Assembly: GCA_023261645.1 (NCBI GenBank)
Contig: JAHFOO010000005.1
Coordinates: forward strand, 1,565-65,564
Reading direction: 5' to 3'
DNA: 64,000 bases
Origin: Candidatus Moraniibacteriota bacterium
Lineage (GTDB): Bacteria; Patescibacteriota; Minisyncoccia; Moranbacterales; UBA1568
Part shown: positions 19,155 through 27,007 of the stretch, piece after piece
Numbering within the stretch: position 1 is the first letter of the stretch
Layout: every line of letters starts with the position of its first letter
Translations under genes and position numbers: made by a program
Notes under the pieces: generated by a model
Seen by the model: only the letters and a program-made list of their open reading frames with translations
Database searches by the model: none
Told to the model about the DNA's origin: nothing

Positions 19155-20522
19155 TCAAACAACTGTAGTCGCATATGTCTCCCAAATCAACCATTCGAGT
19201 GATTTACGACTGTGCGGACAAATACGACGATCAATATTCCAACGATTGCCAGTACTCAATTCGACGCTTGCTGGACAACCGCCACCACAGATGGCAATGG
19301 CTGGGCAAGACTGACACCCATCTATATAGAATGGGGAACGTGTTCGCCATTCAGCGTGCAATCCAGAAGCAATCGGGTCACCTTTATCATGCACTGACCC
19401 GTGGAAATAGGTTCGTGGCTTCACAAAGTCCTGACAGACACCAATAGCGCCATCCGGGGCAACAATAATTTGGTTGCCACTTACGCCACAATCGACAAAA
19501 ATCGGATCTTGATCCGCGAAAGACTGAACTTTTCGCATCATCCGTTCTTCATAGATTCCGAGATCACGGAAACGTTCGAAAGCCAGGAGAATGCAATCAG
19601 CTGCCCGATCATAGTACTCGTCATCCACAGGAGCCGCTGGCGAAAAGTGTAGGATGTTGAAATTGATCCCGCTTTCCACTCGAAGGTCATTGATGAAAAA
19701 ATCAAGTACTTCATCAAAATGAGCAACAACATCTGGCGTGAGCGTGGCCGAAAGACCAACTTCGATACCAGCCGCCCGAGCAATCTCATAGGCTCGCCGC
19801 GCACCCACAAACGTATCCACACCTTTCTTCTTCGCGATGCGATAGGTATTCGTGTATAGTGCCGGCCCATCGAGAGATATTCCAAGTGCCACCTTTTCCG
19901 TTGCAAGATACTGAGCGAATTCCTCGTCAAGAAGGAGGCCATTGGTGAGGATAACCAGCTTGGTCTCGGATGACAAATCACCACTCTCCTTCCGTTCCGC
20001 TAGTCGGCGAACCGCCCGACGAATTGCTTTCTTGTTCATCAGTGGCTCACCGCCGTAAAGCTGGATAAGCTTCTCGGGATTGACACTGCCATATTGTCCG
20101 GTCAGCCGAGCGAAGGTATCAATTGCTGCATCTACCGTCGACTCGTCCATCTGACGTGCCCGGAACTTCGGGGCACCAGGCGACTCTTCGAAACAGTATG
20201 TACAACGTAAGTTGCACCCGTCCGTCACTAGAAGGTACATGACATCAAGCGGCTGATTGGCTGCGAGCGCGACACGTTGACTTTCCAGTTCGGAATAATC
20301 ATGATTATCTGGCGCAACAAGAAATCGCTTCTCGATGAGATATGGCAACGCTTCGCCAACCTCTTCGCTCCAGATGTCTAATGAACAAACATCTCGTCCT
20401 CCGTGAAGAATGGCTTCTCCTGATGCGCGAGGAAGGTATACAACCTCCATTGTTAAAGCGTGATACAGTGCAGCCACGTTTTCTCGAAAGAAGCAGTGAC
20501 TCCATGTTGATAAACGATACAT
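19155..20522 (-). CDS. radical SAM / SPASM-domain peptide-modifying enzyme (sactisynthase or ranthipeptide-maturase-like)
   Basis: Start at MYRLSTW, with AAGGAG 8 nt upstream. The CxxxCxxC motif is DGCNLRCTYCFE. A roughly 100-aa N-terminal extension precedes the core and may be a peptide-recognition region. The C-terminal auxiliary-cluster Cys motifs are CGVSGNQ...VC... and CQSCPAIAICGGGCP (SPASM-like). Confidence 0.75.
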   Translation of the reverse strand: MYRLSTWSHCFFRENVAALYHALTMEVVYLPRASGEAILHGGRDVCSLDIWSEEVGEALPYLIEKRFLVAPDNHDYSELESQRVALAANQPLDVMYLLVTDGCNLRCTYCFEESPGAPKFRARQMDESTVDAAIDTFARLTGQYGSVNPEKLIQLYGGEPLMNKKAIRRAVRRLAERKESGDLSSETKLVILTNGLLLDEEFAQYLATEKVALGISLDGPALYTNTYRIAKKKGVDTFVGARRAYEIARAAGIEVGLSATLTPDVVAHFDEVLDFFINDLRVESGINFNILHFSPAAPVDDEYYDRAADCILLAFERFRDLGIYEERMMRKVQSFADQDPIFVDCGVSGNQIIVAPDGAIGVCQDFVKPRTYFHGSVHDKGDPIASGLHAEWRTRSPFYIDGCQSCPAIAICGGGCPASVELSTGNRWNIDRRICPHSRKSLEWLIWETYATTVV

Positions 20523-20602
20523 AGTTGTCTCCTTGATGTGAAAAGAGACGGCTCTGGCTCGTTCGCCCACCGTCTCTTTGTTTTTGACCCATCACTAAGT
20601 GA

Positions 20603-20767
20603 TCAGACGACTTGCACCTGGATGGCTGTGGACGACTTGGCATTCGTGCTCCGGCAACGCATGCAAGAGGTATAGCAGCACTTGGGGCCACCGTAGGTAT
20701 CGCTCGAGAGCTTGCGGGAAACCGCAAGTCGCTGTTGCGACGTGGGCACCATGAACTTCTCATTCAT
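20603..20767 (-). CDS. candidate RiPP precursor peptide (54 aa, Cys-rich core)
   Basis: Translates as MNEKFMVPTSQQRLAVSRKLSSDTYGGPKCCYTSCMRCRSTNAKSSTAIQVQVV. The RBS AAAGG lies 8 nt upstream. A GG motif precedes a core with 4 Cys in 9 residues. The gene sits immediately upstream of the radical SAM gene on the same strand. Confidence 0.6.
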   Translation of the reverse strand: MNEKFMVPTSQQRLAVSRKLSSDTYGGPKCCYTSCMRCRSTNAKSSTAIQVQVV

Positions 20768-20937
20768 AATAAACCTTTCAATTGGTAAAAAACACAGGGA
20801 ATTTCCTGCGACCCCATTCAACTACGTTTTTTTCCTTTTGTCAATAATATATCTTTCTTAAAATAAATCATTGTTCGTAAACAGTGTGCCTCATCTCAAT
20901 AGAAAAATATGTTGGAATAAGAAAAAATATTTCACAA

Positions 20938-22677
20938 TCAAACTCTTTCCGCAGTAGTCGGTTGATCGGACGTGCCGATGTGGATTTTTGGATTGATGAT
21001 CGGAAGTTCGATGATGAAACGGGAGCCTTTGTCCGGGCCATCTGATTCGGCCCAGATTTTGCCATTATGCGCCTCGATGAAACTCTTGCCGACATAGAGA
21101 CCGAGGCCCGCACCAGACACCACCATTCTTGTCGTTTCCTTGCTCCGGAGAAATTTCTGGAAGAGATTCTTCTTGTCTTCTTCGTGGATGCCGATGCCGG
21201 TATCAGAGACGATGATACGTGCCATATCAGTCGTGCTTTCGAGCGACACCGTCACACCACCCTCTTTGGTGTATTTCACCGCATTGTCAATCAAATTGGA
21301 CACCACTTCTTTGATTTTGTTCGGATCGATGGTGATGAGAGGGAGAGGAGTTTTCTGGAGTTTCATCGTCAGTGTCAGATTTTTCTCTTTAGCCGATGGC
21401 TTGAACATATCCACAAGTTCCGCAATAATCGGCTCGAGCTGTGTCGGCGCGAAACTGTGCTGGATGCGTCCTGCCTCGATACGGGAGACATTGAGCAGAT
21501 CCTCGACGAGATGCACGAGACGGCTGTTCACCGAGTAAAGTTTGTTCAAAACATCGAGAACCGGAGCAGAGATGGTGCCGTACGAACCTTCGAGAAGGAG
21601 GGAGATATATCCTTTGATGGCGGTCAGCGGTGTGCGGAGCTGATGCGATGCGATAGAAATAAACTCCGACTTGGTCAGATCCAATTCCTTCAACCGCTGA
21701 TTGGCGATGACCAAAGCATCAGATATTTTCTGAAGCTGTTCCTTCCGTTCAATTTCTTTCTTCACGGATTTTATAAGAAACCATCCGGCACCAGATGTAA
21801 TCACAAGTGTTATTACTGTCAAAATCTGATTTGTCAGATTCTTGGAAAAAAAGAGCATCGAACCAATAAGAACAAACTGTGCCACTACCAACGCCTGTGC
21901 TCCAATGAGCTTTATATCAAAGGCTTTAAATTTCACAATGAGATATCCCAAAAACCCAATAAACACTGGCATCCCGAAAAGACCATACTGCGCCATTGTC
22001 CAATCTTCAGTAAAACTCCCAACAATATTGCCCCAAGAAAATGCAAACAAAAATAAAACCATACCGATTCCGAAAAATTTTATTCTTTTCCTGTCAATAA
22101 CGTCTTGCGAAGTTTTATATGCCTTAACACAAAGAGCTATTATCCATAATGTAAGTAGTGTTTCTACAATGTAACTATAGTAAATAATAACAAGGCCCTC
22201 GTTTGCATCACATATCATTAGATTAATCCCGCTTAGACTGTATTTTGTTGGGATTAACATGACGAACGGGACAATCGACAAGATAGATATTATGTTGGTT
22301 TTAAATGAAATATTTTTGTAACCCACGAAAAAATACATCAGATATAGACTACAAAAGAATATAAATGGCTCTATCAAAATTTGAAGCGACCAAAGAAAAA
22401 GAACTACATCACCCCTATTACTTGCCCAAACCACCAAATCGAATACTGCATATAAGGAAAAAAGAATAACCAGCGATAGCAAAGTTTTCGTAGCTGATGT
22501 TTTCTTATTTAAAAATATGAACACCCCTAGCAACAAAGCTACTAAAACAGCAGGAATATGCGAATAGTAAAGAATGTCTGGAACATTACTAGAAAAAATT
22601 AGATAACTAGGATCTTCCCAAGGACAAGTTAACATAATCGTTGTATATTTATTGCTTGATAAAGAACTACCAAACAA
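20938..22677 (-). CDS. sensor histidine kinase with a multi-pass N-terminal membrane sensor domain
   Basis: 579 aa with roughly 8-9 predicted TM helices. It has HisKA (ISIASHQLRTPLTAIKGY) and HATPase_c (NLIDNAVKYT...DTGIGI...GAGLGL) domains. Confidence 0.85.
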   Translation of the reverse strand: MFGSSLSSNKYTTIMLTCPWEDPSYLIFSSNVPDILYYSHIPAVLVALLLGVFIFLNKKTSATKTLLSLVILFSLYAVFDLVVWASNRGDVVLFLWSLQILIEPFIFFCSLYLMYFFVGYKNISFKTNIISILSIVPFVMLIPTKYSLSGINLMICDANEGLVIIYYSYIVETLLTLWIIALCVKAYKTSQDVIDRKRIKFFGIGMVLFLFAFSWGNIVGSFTEDWTMAQYGLFGMPVFIGFLGYLIVKFKAFDIKLIGAQALVVAQFVLIGSMLFFSKNLTNQILTVITLVITSGAGWFLIKSVKKEIERKEQLQKISDALVIANQRLKELDLTKSEFISIASHQLRTPLTAIKGYISLLLEGSYGTISAPVLDVLNKLYSVNSRLVHLVEDLLNVSRIEAGRIQHSFAPTQLEPIIAELVDMFKPSAKEKNLTLTMKLQKTPLPLITIDPNKIKEVVSNLIDNAVKYTKEGGVTVSLESTTDMARIIVSDTGIGIHEEDKKNLFQKFLRSKETTRMVVSGAGLGLYVGKSFIEAHNGKIWAESDGPDKGSRFIIELPIINPKIHIGTSDQPTTAERV

Positions 22678-22692
22678 TTTTGTTTTTACTTA

Positions 22693-23547
22693 TTATTTTT
22701 TTATGCTATATTTCAAAGTCTTAAATCCGCTACACAAAGTATAAGAAATACTTACAACAAACTCATCACCGTTTTTAACCTTGATGTCGTCGATAGGCAA
22801 AATTATTGGAAAACTATACGCGACAGAATAATCAAAATCTGAACCATCGCAGAAAAACGTTTTTCCCGTTATTCTTATTCCGTTAATAATTCCGTCCTTA
22901 TGGACAACAAGCCTGATTTTCTCACTGATTTTTTTATCCTTATTAAAAACTGAGAAATTAATTTTTGAGTAAGCTATTTTGTCAGAAAAAGCTATTGATT
23001 TTGAGCCAGCTATTCCTGGAATTTCGTATCTTACCATCTTAAATTTATGGCCATACAAATAATCCCTATGACTGACTAAATCAACACAACTCTCGTACTC
23101 TTTAAGTACGACTTTCGCATCTTTTTTAGCATATTTTAAAATATTGTTCATCGCAGGAACCTGTAATTCCTCTATCAATCCAGTAGCAATCATTTCACCA
23201 ATTACAACATCAACCTTTTCTGGTAATTTAATTTTAGTTACATCACCTTCTAAAATTACAATTTTATCTTGATATCCGTTAATTTTAAATATTTCATCAA
23301 GTGTTTTTATATTATTTCTATCAAGCTCAACCGCGTAAACCCTTTCCGCACCGGCTTCCACTGCAAACATCGCGAGAACACCTGACCCTGTTCCCATGTC
23401 AACAACAATGTCACCCTTCTTCACGGTATTTTTTATAGCCGATCTAAAAGCCTTTGTTCTTTTTTGATCGAAAAGACAATAAAAAACCGACTCAGTCATT
23501 GCCCAATAACCCTCTTCATCTATTTTCTTTTCCATAAAAGACTGCAT
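22693..23547 (-). CDS. class I SAM-dependent methyltransferase with protein arginine methyltransferase (PRMT)-like motifs
   Basis: Motif I VVDMGTGSGVLAMFAVEAGA resembles PRMT VLDVGSGTGILxMFAAKAGA. The post-I motif is VYAVELD. A motif II / double-E-like segment is VDVVIGEMIATGLIEEL. Confidence 0.55.
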   Translation of the reverse strand: MQSFMEKKIDEEGYWAMTESVFYCLFDQKRTKAFRSAIKNTVKKGDIVVDMGTGSGVLAMFAVEAGAERVYAVELDRNNIKTLDEIFKINGYQDKIVILEGDVTKIKLPEKVDVVIGEMIATGLIEELQVPAMNNILKYAKKDAKVVLKEYESCVDLVSHRDYLYGHKFKMVRYEIPGIAGSKSIAFSDKIAYSKINFSVFNKDKKISEKIRLVVHKDGIINGIRITGKTFFCDGSDFDYSVAYSFPIILPIDDIKVKNGDEFVVSISYTLCSGFKTLKYSIKK

Positions 23548-23564
23548 TTTTATATATTTTGACG

Positions 23565-24584
23565 CTATTTTTCAAAAATCTTACTCAATCGTCGCAGCTC
23601 TCTCTCTTTCCACAAACCAGTGTGATAGGCATGACTCATCATAAGAGGCAATACTGACGTTGCTTCAGCATATACCATCTGTTCATTGGCAAGATTGATT
23701 TTCCCCCATGACGCTGCTTCTTTGAATGTCGAACTTGAGCACGCGCCATCGCGAACATCGGCAACAGTGATCTGAACTCCATATTTATGCATCGGAACAT
23801 CTTTTCCAAGACCATTTGCACACGTAACAGAATCTTGAATAAAATTCTTCGGCGTACCACCTCCTATTACAAAGATGCCTGTTTCCTTTGCTAACATTTT
23901 TATCTTCGTCAGCTCTCTGAAATCCTTTACAGAATCAATTGAAACGTGACTCTCCGGATGTGCTACCTGATGCCAAACCAAGCCATAGCCTGCACTCGAA
24001 TCAGAAAATGCCGGGCAAAAAATAGGAATATCATTTTCATAAGCGACTTGTATAAGAGAATCTTTTTTCTTTGAATGTTCTACAAGATATTTCCCCATTT
24101 CTCGTATAAACTCGCGTGAGGAATAAACTCCCGGGGCCATCTGATCTGCAACGAGTTGTACTGTTTTGTCACATGCGGTGACTTCCTCTTCATCAATCAA
24201 AGTATCATACACTCTATCGATCAGAAGGCTGCGAAGTTCTTGATTGTCAGCTTCAGGACTTCCTTGATAATGTTTAAACCCGAGAGCCTCAAAAAAATCC
24301 ATATCAACAATAGTCGCGCCTGTTGCAACCACAACATCAACCATCTTATTCTTTACCATATCCACATATACCTGCATACACCCAGCAGCACTTGTGCTTC
24401 CTGCAACGGCCAAGACAACGGTACAATCCTTGTCTCCCAACATTTTATTGAAAATATTTGTCGCTCTGGCGGTGTCGCGTGCGGTAAAGGACATTCCATT
24501 CATCGCATCAATAATCGGACGAGTATCAATAGCTTTTATATCAAAATGTTCTACTTCTTTCTTCAAATAGTCCTTTTTCTGCAT
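23565..24584 (-). CDS. deoxyhypusine synthase-like protein (DHS / homospermidine synthase family)
   Basis: The N-terminal MNGMSFTARDTARATNIFNKM resembles the DHS QGFQA.NLG motif. There is a GGGTPKNF motif (GGG.PKH in DHS). Length is 339 aa. Confidence 0.6.
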   Translation of the reverse strand: MQKKDYLKKEVEHFDIKAIDTRPIIDAMNGMSFTARDTARATNIFNKMLGDKDCTVVLAVAGSTSAAGCMQVYVDMVKNKMVDVVVATGATIVDMDFFEALGFKHYQGSPEADNQELRSLLIDRVYDTLIDEEEVTACDKTVQLVADQMAPGVYSSREFIREMGKYLVEHSKKKDSLIQVAYENDIPIFCPAFSDSSAGYGLVWHQVAHPESHVSIDSVKDFRELTKIKMLAKETGIFVIGGGTPKNFIQDSVTCANGLGKDVPMHKYGVQITVADVRDGACSSSTFKEAASWGKINLANEQMVYAEATSVLPLMMSHAYHTGLWKERELRRLSKIFEK

Positions 24585-24613
24585 AGACGTATGATTTAAA
24601 AAAATTATCTCGT

Positions 24614-25009
24614 TTAATTTTTTGTAAGAGTTTCAAGCGATAAATATTTCAATCCTCTTTTCACAAAGTTCTTCTCAATTTCCGTAATACCGAAGGCTTC
24701 TTTGAAATAATTGATGATGAATTCTGTGTCGAGACCATTGATACAGGTATAGGCATCAATACTGACAAAGCCTTTGGCAGGAAAGGTATGGATGCTGATA
24801 TGACTCTCGGCTATCACCACGAAACCGCTCCACCCACCAGGGTCCTTTTTTCCATTTCCTGGGGCAAAATAAATCTCTGGTTTAGACAATTTTTTCATTC
24901 CCAATTTCTCTGGAAGCTCATCAAGACAACGCAAAACAAGCTTCTCATCATTGAGCTTATCATAATCTCCCCCATACCCATCAATCATCAGATGTTCTCC
25001 AAAGTGCAT
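24614..25009 (-). CDS. speH: S-adenosylmethionine decarboxylase proenzyme (pyruvoyl-dependent, class 1b SpeH type)
   Basis: 131 aa with the self-cleavage motif VVIAESHISIHTFPAKG (ES/S). Confidence 0.75.
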   Translation of the reverse strand: MHFGEHLMIDGYGGDYDKLNDEKLVLRCLDELPEKLGMKKLSKPEIYFAPGNGKKDPGGWSGFVVIAESHISIHTFPAKGFVSIDAYTCINGLDTEFIINYFKEAFGITEIEKNFVKRGLKYLSLETLTKN

Positions 25010-25115
25010 AATAAAAAAATAAGACGAGTCAAATCCATCTACATTCTACCCCAAATCCCCATTTTTTGCAAAAAAAAGAGGGGTCTTCGAAACGTGTTCG
25101 AAAACCCCCTTTTGC

Positions 25116-25682
25116 TTATGCTAACCACTTCACGAAATCGTACCCGGATCGGTATATGAACATCCAAACAATCGTCTGAATGGCAGTCAGAAACAGCATA
25201 ACCATCACCATCCGAAACGTATTGCCAATCTCCTTTTTGAAGAAGATTATGATTTGTTCCGGTCCAGACCACACTGATGCCTGAATAATTATCCCAAGCA
25301 TCGAAAGCCGACCGGCAATCAGTGATTTCTTGTGAATAGCATCGACGCCTCTGCGCAGATCTTCGCCAAGCGATACATCATGCCCAGTCTTGAAATAAAT
25401 CATCATAAATATTCCAGCGACCAGGATGTTGATAATCCACATTGCTATGAAAGCATATAGAAGAGGAATTCCAAGTGCCTTCAGCGCAACGTTCGCGGAG
25501 AAAATAAAAATCTCGACGCCATAATCAGCGAACCCGTAAATAATCCGCCGAGTAACTGTACTGGCGACCTTCTTGCTTTTCTCTTGTATATTTTCTCCCT
25601 CTTTGAGATTGAAAAAAGCATCCGAAATATCCTTCAGCAGGGCCACGATCTTCGCAGCCAATCTCTTGACTGTTTTGAGCAT
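25116..25682 (-). CDS. hypothetical polytopic membrane protein
   Basis: 188-aa ORF with 3-4 hydrophobic helices and no recognisable motif. Confidence 0.4.
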   Translation of the reverse strand: MLKTVKRLAAKIVALLKDISDAFFNLKEGENIQEKSKKVASTVTRRIIYGFADYGVEIFIFSANVALKALGIPLLYAFIAMWIINILVAGIFMMIYFKTGHDVSLGEDLRRGVDAIHKKSLIAGRLSMLGIIIQASVWSGPEQIIIFFKKEIGNTFRMVMVMLFLTAIQTIVWMFIYRSGYDFVKWLA

Positions 25683-25823
25683 GATACGCCCCTCCTATGG
25701 TAGTTGAAAAAGTTGTTAAGTTACGAAAATGTATTATACACCTTTTTCCACAAAAAGTCAAGAACAAAAAACACCCAGATTATCTGAGTGTTTCAATGAA
25801 AAACAGCTTTCTGCAAAAAATTA

Positions 25824-26813
25824 TCAAGGCAGTTTTGAGACGACTTCCTCTGTGCATTTTTTCACAAGATTCTGAAACTCCGGCTGGGCTGTCAAAATAG
25901 GAATATTTTTTGTTGGAAGTTCTGTTTGGACATACGCAAGAAGCGCGGGAAATGATGCTGATTCCTCTATCAGTGCCAATCTGCTCGTAGCTTCCTCAGG
26001 AACAGTCGTGGAAATCCCCTCTGTCTGGAAAACCGAAGTCTCTGCGGTGGACTTGGCATCCATATACACCTTCCCCTCATATACTGGGAGAGAGACGGCT
26101 TTCGCGCATATCTGACCCTGCACATTCGTCAAAGAAATAATTTGTGCTTCTTCAGGAGAAAATGTGGCTTCATAGTTTCCATCCGCATCAACAGGAATTT
26201 TGTTCGAAACATCGGCAGAAACGAAAATATTTCCGGCTTTACAACTCACTTCATCCAAAAGGACAAGGGATTCTCTTGTTGGAGCAATCTCTTCAGAAGC
26301 ATCTGTTTCACCACCGGTCGTGTCTCCTTCTGTATCTGCACCGCTTCCTTCTTCTATCGGATTTTCCAAAGTATAAGCAACCGGGTCGTTACAGGCTTCA
26401 CCGTCCTTGGCTGTGGCCGGATCGCAGAGGGTATATGCACAATCTGCTTCTCCTTCTCCGCACACGAGAGCCGTACAAGTTTCGTCAGCCGGATCACAGG
26501 CAGGAATATTCTTGGCATTGCGATCGATGAGTTTGTAATAGGAGGTGTCTTGTACAGGATCACCGGTACACGTTGTTTCTGTGGCAGGATCACATACGTA
26601 AACAAAACAACTTTCTGTATACGGATCACAATCAGCCTCCGCCTGGATCATATAATCACGCTGTACCATAAATCGATAGTATGTCACAGCGATCGATGAA
26701 ACAATCAACAGAAAAAATACGAGAAAAAATATTTTTGATTTCTTATCCATAAATATAGTACAAAAATACCATAAAAATGACAAAAAGGAAAGGAAAATTC
26801 CTATGAATGACAT
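25824..26813 (-). CDS. membrane-anchored Cys-rich acidic surface protein with CDPA.ETC repeats
   Basis: Start placed at MSFIGIF, with AAGGAG 9 nt upstream. There are two N-terminal hydrophobic segments. Repeated CDPYTESC, CDPATETTCTGDP, CDPADETCTALVCGEGEADCAYTLCDPATAKDGEACNDP motifs are followed by an acidic Thr/Gly-rich tract. Confidence 0.5.
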   Translation of the reverse strand: MSFIGIFLSFLSFLWYFCTIFMDKKSKIFFLVFFLLIVSSIAVTYYRFMVQRDYMIQAEADCDPYTESCFVYVCDPATETTCTGDPVQDTSYYKLIDRNAKNIPACDPADETCTALVCGEGEADCAYTLCDPATAKDGEACNDPVAYTLENPIEEGSGADTEGDTTGGETDASEEIAPTRESLVLLDEVSCKAGNIFVSADVSNKIPVDADGNYEATFSPEEAQIISLTNVQGQICAKAVSLPVYEGKVYMDAKSTAETSVFQTEGISTTVPEEATSRLALIEESASFPALLAYVQTELPTKNIPILTAQPEFQNLVKKCTEEVVSKLP

Positions 26814-27007
26814 ATAGTTTCGCTCCTTCACTGTGAAGGACTGTCGCACGGTCACAGGAGTCTTCCCGATATCATAATCCAGGGCTGAATCAGAGTGTCG
26901 GCACAAGTATTCATCGTGATACCGTGAGTATTGAAATCATCACAATAAACTTTCGCTTCACTTGTTTCCTTGTCTGCCCCACCAATACCCTCTTAATTCA
27001 ACCATTT

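Noticed and set aside
19155-20522. Radical SAM protein as an anaerobic sulfatase-maturating enzyme
   Set aside because: No sulfatase gene or CxPxR target is nearby. The enzyme has a roughly 100-aa N-terminal extension, and a Cys-rich small ORF lies directly upstream. These fit a peptide maturase better. This is not formally excluded without an HMM or phylogeny.
20305-20763. 152-aa ORF overlapping the candidate precursor peptide and the radical SAM start
   Set aside because: It is Arg/Ser/Pro-rich with no motifs. It overlaps two better-supported genes, both of which have ribosome-binding sites, in a different frame.
21067-22056. Long plus-strand ORFs (this one, and also 6039-6656, 8544-9296, 10164-10865, 14638-15327, 43680-44555)
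   Set aside because: Each lies antisense to a well-supported minus-strand gene (HK, greA, mreD, mreB, aspS, rmlD). Their compositions are biased (R/K/C/H-rich, low complexity). They are shadows of the GC-rich codon third positions of the real genes.
22693-23547. Methyltransferase-fold protein as spermidine synthase (which would complete a speH-speE pair)
   Set aside because: It lacks the GGGDGG aminopropyltransferase motif. Its motif I and motif II follow the PRMT consensus (VxDxGxGxGxLxMFAxxAGA; VDxxxxExxG). It is kept as PRMT-like with moderate confidence.
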